A DNA stretch of 64,000 bases from Gammaproteobacteria bacterium (GTDB taxonomy: Bacteria > Pseudomonadota > Gammaproteobacteria > Eutrophobiales > Eutrophobiaceae), in contig CBDCTH010000012.1 of assembly GCA_965222155.1 (NCBI GenBank), positions 2,272,001 through 2,336,000 on the forward strand, read 5' to 3'. The notes beneath the pieces were generated by a model. It did no database searches and was not told the origin of the DNA. It worked only from the letters and a program-made list of their open reading frames with translations. This document shows, piece after piece, positions 58,619 through 64,000 of the stretch. Position 1 is the stretch's first letter, and each line of letters starts with the position of its first letter. Made by a program: the position numbers and the translations under genes.

Positions 58619-60472
58619 TCAGCCCAGGCTCAGGCGCTGTCGGGTATCGTCGGTCGGTACGCCCTGCTTATCCCAGCCGCGAACCTCATAGTATTTCGGC
58701 AGCATCTCGTGCAGGTTGTTGACCATCCCCTTGGCCGGTCCGGTCTTAGCCGGTTCAGTGAGCATACGTTTCGGCAGCGTATCGTCTGCCGCGGTCAGTC
58801 CGGCCGCGAGGTTGAATTCACGTTCCAGGTTCCAGATACGCTCACCCGCTTCCAGCATAGTCTCAGCGGTCCAGTCACCCTCACAAGCCGCAGCCACCTG
58901 GGGAGCAATATCTTCCAGGGTCCAGGCAAATGTGGTGAAGACGCACAGGCCGGCCGAATCTACAATGGCGGTGGCGTCCTGGAAGGCCTTGACCAGTTCC
59001 GGTTTGCCCTCCGTCGACAGCGGGTCGGTTTTTACCGGCACGCCCATCACCTCGGATGATACGGTGTAACTGCGCAAATGACAGGCGCCGCGGTTGGACG
59101 TGGCGTAAGTCAGCCCCATGCCCTGGATGCCGCGGGGGTCGTAGGCCGGGAATTCCTGGCCTTTCACCGTCATCGACAAATCAGGATGACCGTATTTTTC
59201 ACACAGGCGCTTGGAACCCATGCCCAGTTCCCGACCGAAACCTTCTCCCTTGCAGGTAACTTCGGTTGCCCAGGACAGCGCTTGCGCCGAACCGAATTTC
59301 AACTCGACGCCGCCTGTGTGCTCTTTGGTTATCACCCCCATCTCATACATTTCCATGGCGGCGGCAAGGGTGGAGCCAAAGGAGATCGGATCAATCCCGT
59401 CCTCGTTACAGAGGAAATTCGCATAGGTCAGGGCATCAATGTCGTCAATGCCGGTATCCGAGCCCAGCGCCCAGGCCGCCTCGTATTCCAACCCGCCTGA
59501 TGAACCCCAGTATTGCGGTTTGTTTTCAACAGTGAAGTGGCCTTGATCGATGGTGGATATGCGTCCACAGGCGATAGTGCAGCCCTGGCACGCGGCGTTG
59601 GTGACCAGGTTGGGTTTACCGTCACTTTCCCGCGGTTCGTGCATGGCCTCGCCGGAAATCTTGCTGGCGCCGGCGAAATGGACTTCACGCATATTATGGG
59701 TAGGCATGGCGCCGACTTCGTTGATCACGTTCATCAATACGTTGGTGCCGTAGGTCGGAAGTCCCTGTCCGGTTACCGCGTTATCAGCCAGGACTTTCTT
59801 GCCGGCATTTACCGCCTGCATGAATGCGGCCGGGTCCTTGATGTTGCCTACGCCCTTGGTGCCCCTGACCGCGACCGCCTTGAGGTTCTTGGACGCCATG
59901 ACCGTACCGACGCCGGAGCGACCCGCAGCGCGATGCAAATCGTTCACGATCGCCGAGTACAGGCAGCCATTCTCTGCGCTGCGGCCGACGGCGGCAATAC
60001 GCAACAACGGATCCTGGTATTTTTTGTGCAGCCACTCATCTGCCGCCCACACCGACTTGCCCCAGATCTCGTCCGCGGAGACTATCTCCACCTTGTCATT
60101 TTCGATATACAGGTAAACGGGCGTCGGTGCTTTGCCTTCAAATATAACCATATCGTAGCCGGCGGATTTCAACTCTGAACCGATGAACCCGCCGGAATTT
60201 GAACAGGCTACTGCGCCGGTCAGCGGGCTCTTGGTGACAACGGAATAGCGGCCGGCGGTGGATGCCATGGTGCCGGTCAGGGGACCGGTCGTCATGATCA
60301 GCTTGTTTTCGGGCGACAGGGCATCGCACATGGGGTCGATCTCTTCTGCCAGGTACTTGGTGGCAAGTCCGCGCTGGCCCAGGTAGAGCCGGGCCCATTC
60401 CATATTCAACGGTTCATTGGTGCTGGAACCATCAGTGAGATTTATTCGTAATACATTGTTTGTCCAAGCCAT
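58619..60472 (-). CDS. aor: Aldehyde oxidoreductase catalytic subunit, AOR family (tungstopterin; AorB-like)
   Basis: LRINL, YLG.RGL, GPLTGT, KSPLTG...SNSGG, AAGRSGVG.VM.SKNLKA, C..C.IAC, EYE, NEDGIDPIS, VKGQEFPAYDPRG..GMGL.YATS.RGACH, YY..RGW. Confidence 0.95.
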   Translation of the reverse strand: MAWTNNVLRINLTDGSSTNEPLNMEWARLYLGQRGLATKYLAEEIDPMCDALSPENKLIMTTGPLTGTMASTAGRYSVVTKSPLTGAVACSNSGGFIGSELKSAGYDMVIFEGKAPTPVYLYIENDKVEIVSADEIWGKSVWAADEWLHKKYQDPLLRIAAVGRSAENGCLYSAIVNDLHRAAGRSGVGTVMASKNLKAVAVRGTKGVGNIKDPAAFMQAVNAGKKVLADNAVTGQGLPTYGTNVLMNVINEVGAMPTHNMREVHFAGASKISGEAMHEPRESDGKPNLVTNAACQGCTIACGRISTIDQGHFTVENKPQYWGSSGGLEYEAAWALGSDTGIDDIDALTYANFLCNEDGIDPISFGSTLAAAMEMYEMGVITKEHTGGVELKFGSAQALSWATEVTCKGEGFGRELGMGSKRLCEKYGHPDLSMTVKGQEFPAYDPRGIQGMGLTYATSNRGACHLRSYTVSSEVMGVPVKTDPLSTEGKPELVKAFQDATAIVDSAGLCVFTTFAWTLEDIAPQVAAACEGDWTAETMLEAGERIWNLEREFNLAAGLTAADDTLPKRMLTEPAKTGPAKGMVNNLHEMLPKYYEVRGWDKQGVPTDDTRQRLSLG

Positions 60473-60490
60473 TTTTAACTTCCTCCCGTA

Positions 60491-60961
60491 TCAGTTAGCG
60501 CCGGCGCCTGCCGCGGCGTGGGCGCGCATCCGGTCAAGCCCGGTATGATCAGCATCGACGTACGTAATGGCGGCCGTCGGACAGGCTTTTGCACATTCGG
60601 GGTCGCCGCCGCACAAATCACATTTATAGACAACCCTGGTATCCTGGTTGTAGTTGACTGTCCCGAACGGACAGGCAATGGTGCATACCTTGCAGCCGAC
60701 GCAGACGTCAGCCAGCACGTCCTTGGATCCGGTTTCCTCGTTCAGCACGATGGCTTCGACGGGACAGGCGTGCATGCACCAGGCCTCGCTGCACTGGGTG
60801 CAGGTATAGGGGACAAACCGGCCTTGCTCATGGAAGGTAAACACCTTGATGCGGGATTTGGAGGGGTTGAATACACCTTCCGCTTGATAAGAACAGGCCA
60901 GCTCACATTGCAGGCAACCGGTACACTTTTCCGGTTCAATCTGGAGTGATCTCAGCATCAC
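60491..60961 (-). CDS. 4Fe-4S dicluster electron-transfer subunit (AorA-like)
   Basis: Four Cys clusters: CTGCLQCELAC, CTQC..AWC..ACP, CVGCKVCTIACP, KCDLC..DPECAKACP; AGGAGG RBS. Confidence 0.93.
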   Translation of the reverse strand: MMLRSLQIEPEKCTGCLQCELACSYQAEGVFNPSKSRIKVFTFHEQGRFVPYTCTQCSEAWCMHACPVEAIVLNEETGSKDVLADVCVGCKVCTIACPFGTVNYNQDTRVVYKCDLCGGDPECAKACPTAAITYVDADHTGLDRMRAHAAAGAGAN

Positions 60962-61119
60962 ATCCTCCTTTAGTTAAATAGTAGGAATAGAAATAAAAAA
61001 TCTAATACCAGCATTTCTACAATGAGAAAGACTGGAAAATTCTTATGCAAAATCGGGAAAGTGTCCCAAACTCACCACTACCGATTTTTCTTATAATAGG
61101 TTTATCCGGCTTCACCCTT

Positions 61120-61155
61120 AGTGGTATAGTCCATTAGCCACTGGTATAAACCACT
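61120..61155. promoter_or_regulatory. Tandem imperfect palindromic operator candidates
   Basis: AGTGGTATAGTCCATT (61120-61135) and ACTGGTATAAACCACT (61140-61155), 20-bp period, in the divergent promoter region. Confidence 0.45.
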
Positions 61156-61267
61156 CGTTAAAGGATACAGGAACAGATTGATGATGACAATATCCTGTAG
61201 CGGGGAATCTGCAACCGCGCATGCGCCGGAAACAGAACTATTTTATTCTTTGTAAGTCCAATTTCCA

Positions 61268-62083
61268 ATGACAGGAAAATTATTTATGAAAAGCGTTCTT
61301 TTTATCATTCTCTGTCTTGCCTGGAGCGGCGCGGGAGCAACAGAAATCAGGATTGCTTTCATAGGTCCTGACAATAACAGCGCATACAAAGGCGCTGAAC
61401 AGGGGATCCATGAGGCGAACCTGCAAGGCGGGTTCCTGGGCCAGAGCTATTCCCTGCATAGGTCCAGCAGTGAGGATATGAACGCAATCGACCCGGCCGG
61501 GTTTATCGTCGTTATCGTCTCCACGAATGCAGACGACCTGCAACAGGCTGCCCGGCGCTTCACGGATCACGCAATCCTGAACGTGGCCGTACACGACGAC
61601 GGGCTCAGGGAAGAATGCAGTGCAAATCTTCTTCATGTTATACCCAGCAGGAAAATGCTGGCGGACGCCGAAACCCAGTGGTTGCAAAAATCGCCGGGTG
61701 ACGAGATAAGCGTTTCCGGCTGGCACCCTGATTTTGTGAAATTCGCCGCACGGGACCTGAATAAACGCTACAAGAAAAAGTTTTCCGAAGCCATGGACCA
61801 GTATGCCTGGGCCGGTTGGGCCGCGGTCAAGATGACCTCGGATTCGGTGGCAAGGAAAGAATTAACCGACCCGGTCGCGCTGTTGAGCCATCTTAAGACC
61901 GGATTATCGTTTGACGGCCAGAAAGGCCTTGACATGGATTTCCGCGACACCGGGCAGTTGCGCCAACTACTGCTTATTGCCAATACTGCCGGAGAACTGC
62001 TGGGCGAGGCGCCGGTCAGAGGCGTCGTCGCGCCTGACGACGTGGATAGCCTGGGTCTGGCTTCCTGTTATAATTCGTTGTAA
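61268..62083 (+). CDS. ABC substrate-binding-like protein of the PQQ-dependent alcohol dehydrogenase system (short form)
   Basis: Signal peptide; GAEQGI.EAN..G.FLGQ.Y.L, DDGLR.EC..N.LHV.PS..M.ADA, FDGQKG..M.FR..GQLRQ resemble TIGR03863-type proteins. Confidence 0.75.
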   Translation: MTGKLFMKSVLFIILCLAWSGAGATEIRIAFIGPDNNSAYKGAEQGIHEANLQGGFLGQSYSLHRSSSEDMNAIDPAGFIVVIVSTNADDLQQAARRFTDHAILNVAVHDDGLREECSANLLHVIPSRKMLADAETQWLQKSPGDEISVSGWHPDFVKFAARDLNKRYKKKFSEAMDQYAWAGWAAVKMTSDSVARKELTDPVALLSHLKTGLSFDGQKGLDMDFRDTGQLRQLLLIANTAGELLGEAPVRGVVAPDDVDSLGLASCYNSL

Positions 62084-62101
62084 AACCATATGGAGTAAAA
62101 A

Positions 62102-63052
62102 ATGAAGCAATTTATTATCGCAATCTTATTGTTCCTGGGTTGTTTTCAGCTTGCCTACGCGGCCAGCGGTCGTATCTTCATCACCAATGAGCGCAGTAAC
62201 GATATCTCCGTCATAGACGGCGCCTCGCTGGAAATCGAAAAAACCATCGAAGTCGGCGACCGGCCCAGGGGGATCGGCATTTCACCCGATGGCACTGAGT
62301 TATATGTCGCGGTCAGTGAAGAAAGCGTCATCGCGGTTATCGACTTGAAGACACTGGAACTACTACGGAAATTCAAGGCCGGGTCCGACCCGGAAACCTT
62401 TGCGGTGCATCCGAATGGAAATATCTATATCTCCAACGAGGATGATGCAAAGGCAACTGTCTTTAATCCTGTCACGGGTGAACAGATAGCGGAGATCCAG
62501 GTGGGCCTGGAGCCGGAGGGCGTAGCTATTTCCCCCGATGGCAAGTACGTGATAGTCACCAGTGAATCAACCAACATGCTGCACGTCATACAGGTCCCCG
62601 AGCACACCATTGTCGCCAACATCCTGGTCGGCGCCAGGCCGCGCGCTGCCGTATTCACTAATGACGGCAGCCTGGCATTCGCCACTTCCGAGATCAGTGG
62701 CGAGGTCAAAAAGGTCGACATGACGAGCCATGAAATTATTGCGGTGAAGAAAATTGCGGACGAAAAGGCCAAGCCCAAAGACGTGATCCTGAATAAGGAT
62801 GAGACCAAGCTTTACGTGGCAGGCGGCAGGGCCAACCAGGTCATCGTTCTGAACGCGGATACGATGGAACTCATCAAGGCAATTCCGGTAGGCAAGCGGG
62901 TCTGGGGACTGGCCATGACCAAGGACGGCAGCCGGGTGTTCAGCACCAACGGGGTGAGCGGTACCGTTTCCGTGATCGACACCGGGAAAGATGAGGTCAT
63001 CAAGACCATTGAAGTCGGCAAATTCCCCTGGGGCGTCGTTATAGACGACTAG
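62102..63052 (+). CDS. PQQ-dependent catabolism-associated YVTN beta-propeller protein
   Basis: TNERSN.ISVID, VG.RPRGI..SPDG, GSDPETFA.HP.G..YISNEDDA, VG.EPEGVA.SPDG...IVTSE.TNM.H, NG.SG.VSVID, VG..PWGV (TIGR03866-type). Confidence 0.88.
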   Translation: MKQFIIAILLFLGCFQLAYAASGRIFITNERSNDISVIDGASLEIEKTIEVGDRPRGIGISPDGTELYVAVSEESVIAVIDLKTLELLRKFKAGSDPETFAVHPNGNIYISNEDDAKATVFNPVTGEQIAEIQVGLEPEGVAISPDGKYVIVTSESTNMLHVIQVPEHTIVANILVGARPRAAVFTNDGSLAFATSEISGEVKKVDMTSHEIIAVKKIADEKAKPKDVILNKDETKLYVAGGRANQVIVLNADTMELIKAIPVGKRVWGLAMTKDGSRVFSTNGVSGTVSVIDTGKDEVIKTIEVGKFPWGVVIDD

Positions 63053-63064
63053 TCCGTATCAGAA

Positions 63065-63431
63065 GCCGTCATACCGGTGCCAACAGCCGTCATACCGGCG
63101 CCAACAGTCGTCATACCGGCGCCAACAACCGTCATACCGGCGCCAACAACCGTCATACCGGCGCCAACAACCGTCATACCGGCGCCAATAGTCGTCATAC
63201 CGGCGCCAACAGTCGTCATACCGGTGCCAACAGCCGTCATACCGGCGCCAACAGTCGTCATACCGGCGCCAACAGTCGTCATACCGGCGCCAACAGCCGT
63301 CATACCGGTGCCAACAGCCGTCATACCGGCGCCAACAGTCGTCATACCGGCGCCAACAGCCGTCATACCGGCGCCAACAGCCGTCATACCGGCACCAACA
63401 GCCGTCATACCGGCGAATGCCGGTATCCAGT
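63065..63431. repeat. Tandem array of sixteen 21-bp units running into a full REP-like palindrome
   Basis: Unit (G/A)(C/T)CGTCATACCGG(C/T)GCCAACA from 63065 to 63400; the 17th CGTCATACCGG opens CGTCATACCGGCGAATGCCGGTATCCAGT. Confidence 0.95.
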
Positions 63432-63512
63432 CAGGCAACCATTCCTTATAAGGATATTTTGTTTACTGGATACCGGCATTCGCCGGTATGACGATTTTCG
63501 TCGGTATGACGG
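63403..63512. repeat. REP doublet with perfect 29-bp arms plus one extra end copy on the right
   Basis: 63403-63431 is the reverse complement of 63465-63493; then TCGTCGGTATGACGG. Confidence 0.9.
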
Positions 63513-63527
63513 ACTTGCAGATAGTCT

Positions 63528-64000
63528 TTATTCAGGTTTCACAAACTTCATCGTCATCCTGTCGCTTTCTCCGATGGCGGCATATTTCTCACGATCCTGA
63601 TCGCCTTCTCTGTAGGTGGGCGGTAAGGTCCAGACGCCTTTTGGATAGTCCTTGGTATCCTTGGGGTTTGCATTGATTTCGGTTTTATCGACAAATTGAA
63701 ATCCGGCTTTTTCCGCAAGGCGAATGACTTCGGCCTCGGGGACATATCCCTTTTTTGACCCCGCCTTGCCTGTCATATGCTCTTCACCCCGGTGCGTGAC
63801 GAGGCCCAGAATGCCTCCCGGTTTGAGCACCTTGTATATCGCAGCAAAAACCTGGTCCGCCGTATCGTTATTCAGCCAGTTATGGATATTGCGAAAGGTC
63901 AATACCATGTCCGCCTGCCCCTCCGGTTGCAATACCGGCTTGTTCGGAGGCGCAAATTCAAACATATTGACTTTGCCGTATATCTCCGAAGCAGACGCCA
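63528..64000 (-). CDS. Class I SAM-dependent methyltransferase (COG4798-like), 5' end outside the window
   Basis: ADMVLTFRNIHNW, VLKPGG.LG.V.HR, EINANPKDT.DYP.GVWTLPP, IGESDRMT.KF.KP. Confidence 0.88.
   Translation of the reverse strand, partial: ASASEIYGKVNMFEFAPPNKPVLQPEGQADMVLTFRNIHNWLNNDTADQVFAAIYKVLKPGGILGLVTHRGEEHMTGKAGSKKGYVPEAEVIRLAEKAGFQFVDKTEINANPKDTKDYPKGVWTLPPTYREGDQDREKYAAIGESDRMTMKFVKPE

Noticed and set aside
63065-63431. CRISPR array
   Set aside because: The 21-bp period has no unique spacers, no leader and no cas genes; the units derive from the adjacent REP.
63049-63451. ORFs of GAGMTxV or VIPAPTx heptads as real proteins
   Set aside because: They are open only because the unit is 7 codons without stops; WIPAFAGMT and VIPANAGIQ are typical translations of this palindrome family.
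1-64000. rRNA, tRNA or known riboswitches (for example a Moco riboswitch upstream of moaA or moaC)
   Set aside because: None were recognisable by eye; the spacers are occupied by REP-like repeats. An Infernal/Rfam scan is needed to exclude them.

Overview
Bacterial chromosomal window, most likely from a gammaproteobacterium (inferred from mnmA, ampG, folP, pip and porin sequence style). The density of toxin-antitoxin genes, short coiled-coil genes and palindromes resembles host-associated marine symbiont MAGs, but that is inference. The backbone is a cofactor and aldehyde/C1-oxidation supercluster. It holds Mo/W-pterin synthesis genes (moaA, fdhD, mobAB, moeA, moaDE, moaC), a split PQQ pathway (pqqB apart from pqqCDE, no pqqA seen), tetrahydromethanopterin/methylofuran synthesis genes and folP. 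It also holds an aorABCDE-like aldehyde oxidoreductase operon, divergent from PQQ-alcohol-dehydrogenase accessory genes. Accessory DNA includes an IS1634 that cut off the start of a DUF4189 gene, a ~2930-codon serralysin/RTX protease with 7 repeated terminal modules and one frameshift, and a TA-rich island with IS1595/ISAs1 remnants. A 4-kb mosaic of broken genes (Septu-like ATPase/HNH, tyrosinase, yafQ) lies between two 716-bp copies of aorD-aorE. Most intergenic gaps hold small palindromic repeats from at least seven families. The two most unusual signals are (i) a conserved ~55-nt core flanked by perfect but locus-specific 25-26-bp inverted arms, and (ii) REP-like palindromes whose outer end is tandemly re-copied into arrays, up to 17 units at 63065-63431. 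No rRNA, tRNA or CRISPR array was recognised. All calls are by eye; no database searches were run.
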